A DNA stretch of 64,000 nucleotides from Podarcis filfolensis (taxonomy: Eukaryota). Where the stretch lies: assembly GCA_964270895.1 (NCBI GenBank), contig OZ185443.1; one strand, 5' to 3'. Under the pieces are notes generated by a model that ran no database searches, had not been told where the DNA came from, and saw only the letters and a list, made by a program, of their open reading frames with translations. Position numbers and translations under genes: made by a program. Below are positions 1-11,944 of the stretch, piece after piece (positions within the stretch are counted from its first letter, which is position 1; every line of letters starts with the position of its first letter).

Positions 1-1970
1 TGATGTAATCTTTCATTATGGTTGCGCTCACTGCAATGAGCCTAATTGCTTCTATAGAGTGATGAAGTGAAATGCAGCTGGCCAAACATAATAAATCAGT
101 GAAAAAACCTGTGTACCCCCTCAGCAAGGTAAGGGAAGCCATTCTAGTGGTCTATAATTGATGAACTCAGACTTACAGTGAAAAGAAGGAAAGCTTGCTT
201 TAGAAAACAACAGAAGCTACAGAGAAGAGCAGCTGCCTTGATCCAGACAGGGGTCATGCATACATACATATAGGATGGTATTCTAAGTCACTCAGAATAG
301 ACCCACTGAAATTAATGAACAGGACTAAGTGTATTTCATTAATTTCAAAAGGTCTACTCTTTTGGTTCCTAAGGATTCCCAAGCAATACTGGGAATGAGG
401 CTGCTAGTAACATATATTTTAGGTTTTTGTTATGAACAGGATGAAAAGGTCTCTGCCTTCAGTGTTCCTTTTGTATTGTTTTCAAACCTACTTTGGGCTG
501 TTTTGTGATATATTTGTAAATTGCCAATTCAATCAATGAGTTACACTGATTTTCCTCTTTTACAATTATTCTCTCCTAGGAGAAAACACTGCCGCTTTAC
601 ATTTCTAACATGGGTGTATTGTGTCTGCTACCATATTGCCTTTTTATTTTTGGAGAGGGAATGCAAGAGCATAACCCACACTATGGGAACACTTAATTCT
701 CCCTCCCTCCCTCTCTCTCACACACATTACTTTTCAAATTTCTTCCATGACATATTTCTGCTTTCAGCAGATGGGGAAAAAATTAATGTGTTACAATGTG
801 GGGAAATACTGTATGTGACAAGCGTCAGGCATGACAGTCACCTCAGCAAATCACTGTAGTTTCATTAACCCCAATTACAAGCTACAGGACTGATGTGACT
901 GAATTGTGTGCTATTGTTAAAATGAGTGTTCTGCTGAGGTGTCCCAGTGAGCTGGCAAGTACATGCCTATTTAACCTCTAATGCTAATGACTTAAAAGGT
1001 TACCCGCAATTGTGGCATGGAATTGTTCTGCTACGCTGCTGGCCAAATAATTTGATGTGATGATTCACTGCGAAACACAATCTCAGATCATTAGGTTAAT
1101 TAGAACAGCCATTCAATTACGAATAATTACTTGTGACCTGAGGCTCAGCAGGCTACACTGATGGGCGCATACATAGAAAGATCCCATCAGTGTCTTTTAT
1201 GTCAAGGCGGCTCTAACAGTGAACATGTGTCAGTTGCCACATATGCTATTTAAATGGAGATGCATTTGATGGCTCTCGATACTTTCCTGGCAGAAAGCTA
1301 AGAGGCATCACTCTATATATATCGAACTGATATGTTTAATAGAAAGGCTGAAAATCCTGATTATGATTTTTACACAAGGCTGTCTGGCAGATAAGTAGGA
1401 TGGAACCATGCACGCTTTGACGCTTAGCTAATTTCTGGCAAAAAAAGCATTTTTAAAAAATCCACTGTTTAATTTTAGACCTAGGCTACTTCCACATATA
1501 CATTTAAAGCACTATTATTATATTATTTAATGACTTCCCCCAAAGAATTCTGGGAATACAGTCTCCATGATTCTTTGGTGGAGGATGTCATGACTGTTTA
1601 AAGTGGTATAATAATGCTTTGAATGCATGGTGCAAGTGGGATCCTTGTTTTCACAAACAGCAGATGAAGGGATGATAAACTTGGGGTGTGAGCTAACTGA
1701 AGACACACAGTATGATCACCTCATGGAAGCAAAGCAGGTCCAGATCTGATCAGTTCCTGTGGGGAAAGGGGGGTGACTGGAAGCCCCACATAAGCCACCT
1801 TGAGTTCCATGATGGAAAAATGCAGAATACACATGTGCTAAATAAATAATACATCTAGGTTTGAATTGCCAGTAGGAGTGCCTATGATTAGATGCTCCTT
1901 CATAGGTAATACCACTAGTTCATCTCTGTGTTGCATTCAGAACAATCACACATGTAGAAGAAAAAATTAC

Positions 1971-4900
1971 CTGTATATCCAGTTTTGCAGACACAGTTGA
2001 AGCTTCCTGGGAAGTTCTGGCAGAGAGCACCATTTTTACAAGGGCCCGAGAGGCACTCGTTGAGATCTCTCTCACAGGCCATTCCAGTAAAACCACTGGG
2101 ACAACTGCAAGAGAATCCGCCTACCAGGTTGTGGCAAGTCCCTCCATTGTGGCAAGGTAATGGGAGACATTCATCTATGTCTGTTTCACACAGTGTGCCA
2201 TCATATCCTGGCATACACCTACATGTAAAAGGCCGGAGAGGTTCATTTGCCACAACAATGACTGGGATACTCTCGTGGCTCTGTAACTTAGGGCTCACAC
2301 CCAGTTTTTTCAAGCAGCTGCCGCCATTTTGACAAGGATTTTGTAAACACGAGTCATGATCCACAGACTCTATTCGAACTCCGCTTTGACGGAAAAGGAT
2401 TTCTTTGATGCTTTCAAAGAAGGTAGTCACACCACCTGGATTCACATACTGATAGCTGTTCCGTTTCACAGCTGCCATCAAGAAAGTCTGGTTGCTCTCC
2501 TGATAAGCCCCATAGAGTTGCACAGCAGTCCCTAATCCGGTTAACTGTGAATTGGCAATTCGCAGAAAATGAAGGTAGTGGTTGGTCAAAAATTCTCTCA
2601 AGGATTGCACACTGAGACGAAGGAGAATGCTGTTATCAAGTGTGGCATTACTGAATCCTGAAAAGAAAACTCGGATACTGCTAGTGACTGAGTTGTGTAG
2701 CCCATCATTGCTCAGGACTGTGAGATCGAATGTCCCATCGGTAGACCTTGCCAGGGAATTTAAATCACAAGTGCCTGCTGGAATATGGAAGAGGCTTGTA
2801 ACTCCCGATGTAAGAGAGCACTGGAAACTGTCTAAAATATCTGGATCCTGAGGTTTTACATTGCCTAATGTTCCACCAGGGAACAGGTTGCCAAAATAAT
2901 GGACAAAGATCTCTACTGTTCTGGGTTGTGACGGGTTATCATTTTGATCTATTACCTTTACATGCACAGTTCCTGTGGAAGACATCTGAGGAATGCCCGA
3001 GTCTCTTGTAATCACTGACAAGTAGAAATCACAAATTTGTTCTCTGTCAATCTCTCTAGTTGTGGTCAGAACTCCAGCAGTGCTGAGACTGAAATAACTG
3101 GTTCCTGTGCCAGTGCTAAGCAAGTAATAAGAAAAGGGGCCCTGATTTGGAGGAAGATCAGGATCGGATGACTGAAGATTCAGCACAAGTGTCCCTGCCC
3201 GGCTATTTTCCATTATTTCTCCTTCTGTGGTGGAGAGGGTGGGTCCATTGTCGTTGATATCTTCCAAAGCCACCAATAAAGAGGCACTACCTGTTGCTGA
3301 CGGTGATCCTGAGTCAATGGCTAACACAGATAGGTTGTACACTGGTAAAGTTTCTCTATCCAGTTCTGCAGTCACTGTAACCTGTCCTGTCTGCGGGTTA
3401 ATAGAAAAGGCACCGTTGTTGTTTCCATTGCCAATAAAATAGGAAAACCTGTTCCAACTTGGGAGAGAGTCAGAGTCGAAGGCACTTACAAATGTCACGT
3501 GGGTCCCAACAGGAACGCCTTCACTGATTTGTACGTTGTATACCATGAAGCTGAAAACAGGGGGGTCATTGGCATCTAATATCGTGATATTCACAACCAC
3601 TTCATCAATATCTGCACCACGAATGCTCCCGGCATTTTTTGCAAGCACTTTCAGAGAGATCCGTTCTTCCTTTTCCCTGTCGAGAGGTCCTGTGACATAA
3701 ATCTGCCCGCTGCTGTCATCAATCTGGAAACCCTTTTTTCTGCTATTGCCGAAGATCAGATAGTGGACTTCTCCGTCAGTTCCCATATCGCGGTCGCTTG
3801 CAAAGACTTCTCCCACAATGGTGCCTTTAGAAGCTGCTTCGGAAACCTCAAAATAGTAAAGCTTGGACACGAATCGTGGCACATACTCGTTTGCTCCTTT
3901 TAAATGGATGTTGACATTCGCAAAGCTGCACCTTTCTTCATCGGGAACGTTAAAGGCCTTTATGGTGAGATGATAGCTCTGCTTTGTTTCATAATCTAAA
4001 AAGCCTTGGGTGGTGATGATTCCAGTATTAGGATCAATAACAAACAGATCACTGTCTGAAGACTGAACCGCATATGCAATTACAGCATTAGATCCGGAAT
4101 CAGCATCAGTTGCAGAGAGACGAATGACAGTTGTTCCACTAGGGGCATTTTCTAAAACACTCGGAAAATAGTCTTCTGGGCTAAAAGCTGGAGAATTATC
4201 ATTCACATCAATAACATCTATGGTAATGCTACAGTAGCCTGTTCTAGCAACCCATCCGCCATCTGCAGCACTCACAGTAATCTCATGTTTTTGGCAAAGC
4301 TCATAATCAAGGGGTTTGGCAAGCCTTAATGCACCAGTAGATGCGTTAATTGCAAAGTTCCCAGCCTCATTTCCAGAAGAAATGTTGTATTTGATAAGTC
4401 CATTCATAGCTGTATCTTTGTCCCTTGCCGACACAGTCCTGAGAATAGTTCCAACAGCATTACTCTCGGCGACAGTTATACTTATATGACTTTGAGAGAA
4501 CTCTGGCGTGTGATAGTTTTCCTCTGTTACAACTATTTGCACAGGCACTTCTGATGAGAGAGGAGGGTTACCTTTGTCCTTTGCTTTTACTTTGATTAGA
4601 AAGTTTTTATTCATATCATTCCTCAGTGGCGATGCTACTGAAATCCAGCCTGTGTTACTGTCCAGTTCAAATTTACCTGTTAGGTTGTCATTTGAGAGAA
4701 TGTATTGCACTTCTGAATTTAGACCAAAGTCTTTCGCATCAATGGCAGTTACCTTAATTAGTTTGGTACCAACAGCTACATTTTTAGTAACAGGTGTAAA
4801 ATATTGACTAAAGAGAAACTGGGGGGCGTTGTCATTGCTATCCACGATGTTGATTGTGACTGTTGTCTCGCTCAGCAAGGGAGGGCTGCCTCGATCTGAT

Positions 4901-6320
4901 GAGGTAACGATGAAACTGTGCCTGTTTAGATTTACATTACTGGGGCCGCTGGAGTTTTGGAACTTTAAAGGCTGCTTATTGAAAATCTCTCCCGTAGAAG
5001 CATTAATTCGGAAAAACTCCGACTGGGATTTGATGAAGTAGAAGACTTGCCCGTTGGATCCTTCATCTGGATCTGTTGCAGATATCTGGATCACTCGTGA
5101 TCCAACTTCATTATGCTCAGGGCAATCCAAGTAATAGGACGGTTTTGTAAATCGTGGGGAATTGTCATTGATGTCTGTTACAAATATGGTCACATCTGTG
5201 CTTACCGTCCACCCAGAGTCATGTGCTGAAACTCGGATTCTGTAGCGATCTGTATCTTCCCTGTTCAGAAGTCTGCTGATTGTTATATCTCCTGTATTGG
5301 GGTTTATGACAAAAGGTATACTTGTATCCCTTATTGAATATTTACTGACAGCATTTGCTCCAATATCTTCATCTGATGTTGTGACTCGTGTTACAGTGTA
5401 ACCCAAAGGTGCATTTTCAGGTACAAGAGCACTGAATATCTGAGAAAATTTGGGTGCATTATCATTTTCATCCAACACATTAATAAGCACCCGGACGGTG
5501 GTACTCTGAACAGGTACACCTCTGTCTGAAGCTTTGATAGTAAGTGTATAATGGGCCACATTCTCCCTATCTAAAGGTCGGACACTTCTGACTTCCCCAT
5601 TGGTACGATGGATACTGAAACTGTTCTCCTTATTGCCGCTGACAATTTCATAATTTAACTGTCCATTAGCGCCACTGTCCTTGTCCACAGCAGTTACAGT
5701 AATTATTTTAGAAGGTGAGAGGTTTTCTAGTACTTCAGATATTAAAGGATCCCGTTCAAATAGTGGTGCATTATCGTTTATGTCTATCACTGTCATTTCC
5801 AATTTTACGTAAGAAGAAAATGGCGGAAAGCCCATATCTCTCGCCTCAATCCAGATGACGTATTTCTGTATTGCTTCATAGTCTAAGGGTTGGCTGATGG
5901 TGACCTGTCCTGTTAGTTGGTCGATCTGAAAGGTGTTGCCAAGATTACCGCTAGCAATATAATAAGACAAAGAGTCGCCTCTAGATGACAATCCAGAAAC
6001 TGAAGTGACAAAAGTGCCAACTGCTTGATTTTCAGGAAATGTGAAAGTGTGCTGTTCAGCCTGAACTCGAGGAAAATCTGCTCTGTTTACAAATCTTACG
6101 GTCACAGTTGTAGAATCTGTCTTTGGCAACGAGCCACCATCTTTCACATTAACAGAAAATGTCATTTCAGAAGTGCCAGACAGTCGTTCGGCAGCCATAA
6201 TCGCTCCTCGTGATGGATCAATGTGGAATTTTTCAGAATTCTTCCCCAACAGGGAATAGTGAAGCTCAGCATTAGGTCCTGCATCAGCGTCTGTAACTGT
6301 CACCGCAAATACAAATGTAC
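1971..6320 (-). CDS. FAT4: FAT4 giant coding exon (4350 nt): cadherin repeats ~24-34, membrane-proximal region and first EGF-like repeats
   Basis: Uninterrupted frame (G)TFVFAVTVTDADAGPN...CVCKTGYT inside the 1484-aa ORF; repeated DxNDN/LDRE/DYE cadherin motifs, then CxxxPCxNGGxC EGF motifs. CAG acceptor at 6323-6321, GTAATT donor at 1970, phase 1/1. Confidence 0.97.
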
Positions 6321-6998
6321 CTGCAAAGGAAGACAAAAATAAGGTAATAAATCCTGTGAAACTGAACATTAATACTCATGCAACTGTTCAAACCCAGAGA
6401 ATGCTAAGTTATTGGACAATATACAAAGACTGTAAATAAAACTTAAAAATAAATAAATTACAACCACTAGCAGATGTATTGTTCATACTTAGGAGGTATT
6501 TAGGATGTTATAGGCATCCTTGACCGATAGCATATTTATGCATATTTAAATCTCACTGAAAGCAATGCAGCATGGAAGGCAACATTTTGAAATTTACGTA
6601 CTTCACACAACAGGTTATGATACCAAAACTTGCTACTGTGCTGGGATCTCATGAGTGGTAATGGGTGCTTGTCTTGTCATAATGCACTGGTCATGTCTAG
6701 CAATAGGGTGCTAGACCAGTTGCCTTCACAGTGGGCTGTTGTGTTCGTTCTTTCTCTGTTAATTCAGACTGAGGACAATGCAAGGGATGCATTTTCCTTT
6801 GGTCAGATTTCCACATACCCAACTGTGATGGATCCTATGACACCATGACCATAGGATGCTTGACGCCATGTCTCTAGGATCACATGGAGTTCAGGATCCT
6901 CAGCTGGCCAGAAGCAAACAGTAGGAAAGATAATAATTGACAAAAAAAAATTGAAGCAATTGTTGAGCCAGGCAGCAGGTGAAGCAGGTGTACAGATA

Positions 6999-7239
6999 CA
7001 GTGATACCTCGGTTTACAAACTTAATCCGTTCCGGAAGTCCATTCTTAAACCAAAGCCATTCTTAAACTGAGGCATGCTTTCCCTAACGAGGCCTCTCGC
7101 CACCGGTGCCCTTCCACCGTTTGGCTTCTGTTCATAAACCAAGGTAAAGTTTGCAAACCAAGACACTACTTCTGGTTTTGCGAAGTTCGTATACCGAATA
7201 GTTCGTAAACAGGGCTGTTCTTAAACCGAGGTACCACTG
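6999..7239. mobile_element. Tigger/pogo-like (Tc1-mariner) MITE
   Basis: TIRs CAGTGATACCTCGGTTTA / TAAACCGAGGTACCACTG, TA on both sides. Confidence 0.88.
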
Positions 7240-7457
7240 TATTTAGGACAGGATTTAGTTAACATATTTTGTATGAAAAGTGTATTCCTCCCCAAAATTA
7301 GTGCAGCGCTAGTGAAAACCCTAATAAGCTATAGATAACAATAACAAAACCTCAGGGGTCAGTAAGATTTAAAAGTCTCTTTCCCTCTTGTTATCTTGGA
7401 TTCTTTCTGTGCTATAAAAACTGTAAGGTTAGTATCATGTTGCTGTTATCAGCTTAC

Positions 7458-7708
7458 CTGAACTTGTTGGTGAGGGAATATGAGTGACATAAGGGTGGTG
7501 CTGAAATTTGGGAGGATTGTCATTGACATCTGCAACAGTGACAAGGACACTTGTAGAACTGGAAAGAGCCTTTGGGAAACCACCGTCCTTGGCCACGACG
7601 ATCAAAGTGTAGTTCTCCTTAGCCTCTCTATCCAACAGAGCACTTGTGATAATCTGCCCGGTTGAAGGGTTGATTGTGAACTGTGAGTTTCCACCACTGA
7701 GACTATAG
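7458..7708 (-). CDS. FAT4: FAT4 coding exon (251 nt; 245 or 239 nt if downstream tandem acceptors are used)
   Basis: (S)YSLSGGNSQFTINPSTGQIITSALLDREAKENY...ADVNDNPPKFQHHPYVTHIPSPTSS; polypyrimidine tract plus CAG acceptor, GTAAGC donor, phase 2/1. Confidence 0.93.
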
Positions 7709-10700
7709 CTGCAAAAAGTACAAGCAGGGAGAGACGCTTTTCATACCCATTTTAGTATGAAATATGCTGCTTTATATGTTGACAAACTGTAAATTCTACA
7801 GGCAGGGAATCAAAGTATTTATGTTTATTTAAAATATTTATATTATTCTCTTTCATCCAAAAGGATTTACAAGGCAGATTAACATCAATATAAAACAAAC
7901 GTACAAAAGCAAAGTCAAAACAATATAATCACAGCTCCAGCAGTGACAAAATGACACTGAATATGGACATAAAAACAACAAATAGTTGCTGCTGAATGGT
8001 CTTGATTTACCATATGAAACCCTGTTAGTGCTATGATCAGATAAGCCTCCGTAAGAAAAAGCTCCGTAATCTAGGGTGCCACCACTGACAAAGCCCTGCT
8101 TCAAGTGACAAAGCACCTCTAGACTATTCATCTTTTCCTTCTGAAGGTAAGCAGCCCCATCCAGAACAGATAAATTGTCCTGTCTCCTGGACATGGAAAC
8201 CACCCACCCACAAGGTTTTAAAAGCTTCACACAGAAGTTAAATAGTACTGGGGATCAAATAGTGCCTTGGGCCACCCCATAGCGTGTTTTACCCCTTTGC
8301 ACAGGTAACACAAAAAGGACACCCATGTTGCACATATACAAAATGAGTTCTTCCACAGAGATATCCCCAACTGAAGCAGCAACAACACAATTTTTGAATT
8401 ATTCAGAAGCCTGACGTTATGATCAACCCTTAGAAATATTTTATTTGTGGTTTTCAATCAAATGCCTGAGATACTGCCCATAGACAGATGGAGTGAATAT
8501 AGCAATTGGTCATAACCAGCTATTTATCCTAGGAAAATGCCCTAGGTAGCAAAATAATTGCTCAGTTATTATTTTATAGAAAAGTCATGACCGCATAATG
8601 AAGTGCTATTTGTTTATATGGAGAGAGGAGGGAGAGAGACAGACAGAAACTTTCCACATCACTGAGTCCCAAGAGGCAATTTTCAGATGAGTGTCACATC
8701 TGGGACTGACAGAAGTATTCTGCTATCAAACTATTCCCTGGCTTTCAAAATGTGGGGATTCTGATTTAGAATGAGGATAGGGCTAATTGCTGCTGCATTA
8801 CATTTTAAGCCTTGCTGCAGCTCCTAAGGTGATCTTGATTGTGATAACTTCCAGGGTGAATAACATCCCATGTGTTTTGACTCATGGAAAGACAGTTGTA
8901 CATTGGGTCAATTTCATGCCCACTTGACAGAGTCCTTCGAAGTAGATAATCTGTCACACAGAACTGAATCAATTGCAGCTGGAATGCAACAGTAATAACT
9001 GCTTCACTCCCGTTGAAAACTATCAAGGCTCTTATTCTCTCATTCCTTATGGCCCTTTCTCTTTAAGAGGTACTATCTTCTGTAAAATAGGACACTTCTG
9101 TAAAGTACTACTATGAACTACTCATCGTCTTTCTGTGACTACTTGGTAAAAGGTAGTCTGCAGTGCTAAAGCATCAAAATCCCTTCAGCCTCAAAAATGT
9201 GGTCATTGCACATTCATTGAATGACTTTCCCTTAGGTTTGCCTGCTTTGAAGCTGAAGAACAGTCATCTATCATTAACTACCCCATGGTGATAGGAGATA
9301 TGGCAGCTGTGGCTTCTGATGCCTGTTCCCTCGTTGGTCCTCTTGTCCGCTGTTTTTTCAACCTCATTCAACCGACCAGGGCTTGAGGTTTATAATGCAA
9401 TACACAAAGAAGAAGATGGACTATAGAACAACTACCTCTTCTCCTGCTGCATTGGGGGCTTTAAAGATATATCTGGCTGAATACTACTGAAAATAATATA
9501 AAGTCACCACCCCAGTCAGTGCACAATGGGTGCCCCCTAAATCAGATAAATCAATAGAAATACTTAACTAACTGAGGTTCTTCCTCCCTCAACATGAAGT
9601 CTGCTCCTCCCCAACATAAATCCTGGCTACACCCATGCTGTTCACTATCTTCATAAGCTTCCTGCTTAAATCCCCTATTGATGGGTTTGGCTTTTTTAAT
9701 GACCTGTGGAAACTTTTCTGGGTTGTACATCTCATGGTTTATAATTCATTTAATACATGTATGGTTTCATTCTGAATTGGAGCATATTTTCAAAAGCTAA
9801 TGGGAGGTTTTTGTTTTTTTAAAAAAGCTTACACACCAAGGCTGAAATCCTGATTCCTTTTCCCCCATAGTAATATATCAACTCTTCTCAAGTTTCCATA
9901 TATTTTTATTGTATTTTAATTTTATTTTGACAAGTGATATACCACTCAATTACAACTGGACTAAGTGGTGTACAAAAATCAATTAAAACTATCAAATCTG
10001 AATTCAATTGAAATGCCTGCTGAAATTTTTTAAAAGGCCTTCAGAAGGCAGCAGAATTTCAACAGGGAGGGGGCGTGTCTGACCTCAGCTGGAAGTTCCA
10101 TAAAATTGGACCAAAAATACTGAATGCACAGTCTCTGGTGTATATGTACTGTGCATCTGGGCCTTTTAAAAAAGTTTTGTTGCACAGAATTGTAAAACTG
10201 CATTACTACAAATCAGCATAAAAGTTGATATCCGCCCTCTGTGTTTTAGGGCAACGGGGTAAGAATAATAAAATAGGATTGTACAGTGAATCCCTTTAGA
10301 TATATATATATATAATCCTAGGAAGTGAAAGTAACAGCCACCTCTATTTTGCGATGCCATTTCCACATGGTTATAAGACTTCTCAAAAAATGTAAATTTT
10401 CATGGGAAAAAATGACATGTAATGAAAAGCATTATTATGTCATATTTTATTAATTTTATTGGATGCTTATCAGGCACACCTGGCAGATGGCAAGGGTAGC
10501 AGAGCTCAAAAAATGGAAGAAAATTACAGTGTTTTGATATTTTAAAGTTCTTATTTCTCTTGTACTTTAATATCTACAAACAATTATGATTTATATTTTG
10601 CTTATTGAAAAAAAGCTAATTTGAATTTCCAAAGAAAAGAAAAAGTGTAGTGAGTCGTTTAGCTCAGTTTGTGCCTTTTATGCAACAATAAACCAATATT

Positions 10701-11261
10701 TACACTCATTGAAACCACTTGAGAAAGGGTCTCTTCTGGTTTATTGAGTGGCAGGTAGTGATGATTGGCAACAAACATGAATCTCTCTGCATTCCATTAG
10801 GAACGCATCACTCCTCTGAGCAAATTGCTCAGGCTGTCAATGCCACTTAACCTCTCAATTTTTTCTTTCATATAGTCAGCAATCGGATTTACTGGTAAAA
10901 CTTGGAGGTGTCAGTAGAAATGTGCAAGCCATTTTGCCATAAAGCGAATGATGACTTTTCAGAAGCTGAGTGGCGCAAAGAAATCAGTTCAATTGCCATA
11001 CACAGATTCTTCCTTTTTATGCTGAACTTTGTCGGAACTTGCTCAGTAAGAGCAAGAGAAATAGATTGGCCAGCAATTCTAAAGCTTTTTACTACATGAA
11101 AAGTTAGGGATCAGCTTCTAAACACTCTTGTGGCAAAGTCATTATTGGATACAACCCAGTGTTTTTTCAGCCCACCTAAGTCAAATGGTTTAAATACAGA
11201 GCTATTTCATCTTGTTCATTCCCCCTTATGGTTTTGATCCATGGGCTATTATTAAAATGAG

Positions 11262-11420
11262 GATGCATTTTAAATTGTATTTTTAACCTGTATTTTAAAT
11301 TGTTTTGTCCCCCCCCCCCATTATGTTTTTATTGTAATTTTACTGGTGTTAGCCGCCCTGAGCCTGGCTCTGGCCGGGGAGGGCGGGGTATAAATAATTT
11401 ATTATTATTATTATTATTAC
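11262..11420 (+). mobile_element. LINE (L2-type) 3' tail
   Basis: TGTTAGCCGCCCTGAG...GGGCGGGGTATAAAT followed by (ATT)n. Confidence 0.6.
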
Positions 11421-11763
11421 TGTCACAAACCAATCCAGGGTGGCCATAAAATAACGGCCTCAGGCAACATATTTTTGGTGTCATGAAGCAGCTGATTTAA
11501 TTTATTATAATTTTATTGACATTTTTGCCTCAGATACTAAAGTAGGTTAACTGGCTTTGGGTACTTTGCACCCTTAAAGGAAGGGCAATATTTTTTGTTT
11601 CATCTCAAGCAGCAAAAAGTCTTGGGCCAACCCTGAACCATGTTGTATTTGTGAACAATGCAAGACAAAACCCAACATGCTCATTTCTCCTTTGTTCCCA
11701 AAGCATGAAAAGGAAACAGGACCTAAATTAAACAGCATCGGAAGCACCACAAGAGCAACATAC

Positions 11764-11944
11764 CTGATGATAGCATTCACTGATGCATCGGAATCAGAGG
11801 CGTTTACAAGCAAAACGTCTGTCCCTGTGGGTGCGTCCTCCGGAATGGTTTTGGAATACATATTGAAGGCAAATTTGGGGACGTTATCATTGACATCATC
11901 TACTTTGACAGCAATAGTTCCAGTACCAGTAAGGGCAGGACTTC
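11764..11944 (-). CDS. FAT4: FAT4 coding exon (181 nt)
   Basis: (G)SPALTGTGTIAVKVDDVNDNVPKF...DSDASVNAII; AG acceptor, GTATGT donor, phase 1/2. Confidence 0.95.

Noticed and set aside
1-1970. Next FAT4 EGF-encoding exon
   Set aside because: I found no Cys-patterned frame with splice sites on the minus strand; it is probably beyond the window.
1915-6369. The 1484-aa ORF as a standalone single-exon gene
   Set aside because: It has no signal peptide and starts mid-repeat. Splice sites at 6321 and 1970 show the terminal residues (MFSFTGF..., NFFFYM...) are intronic read-through.
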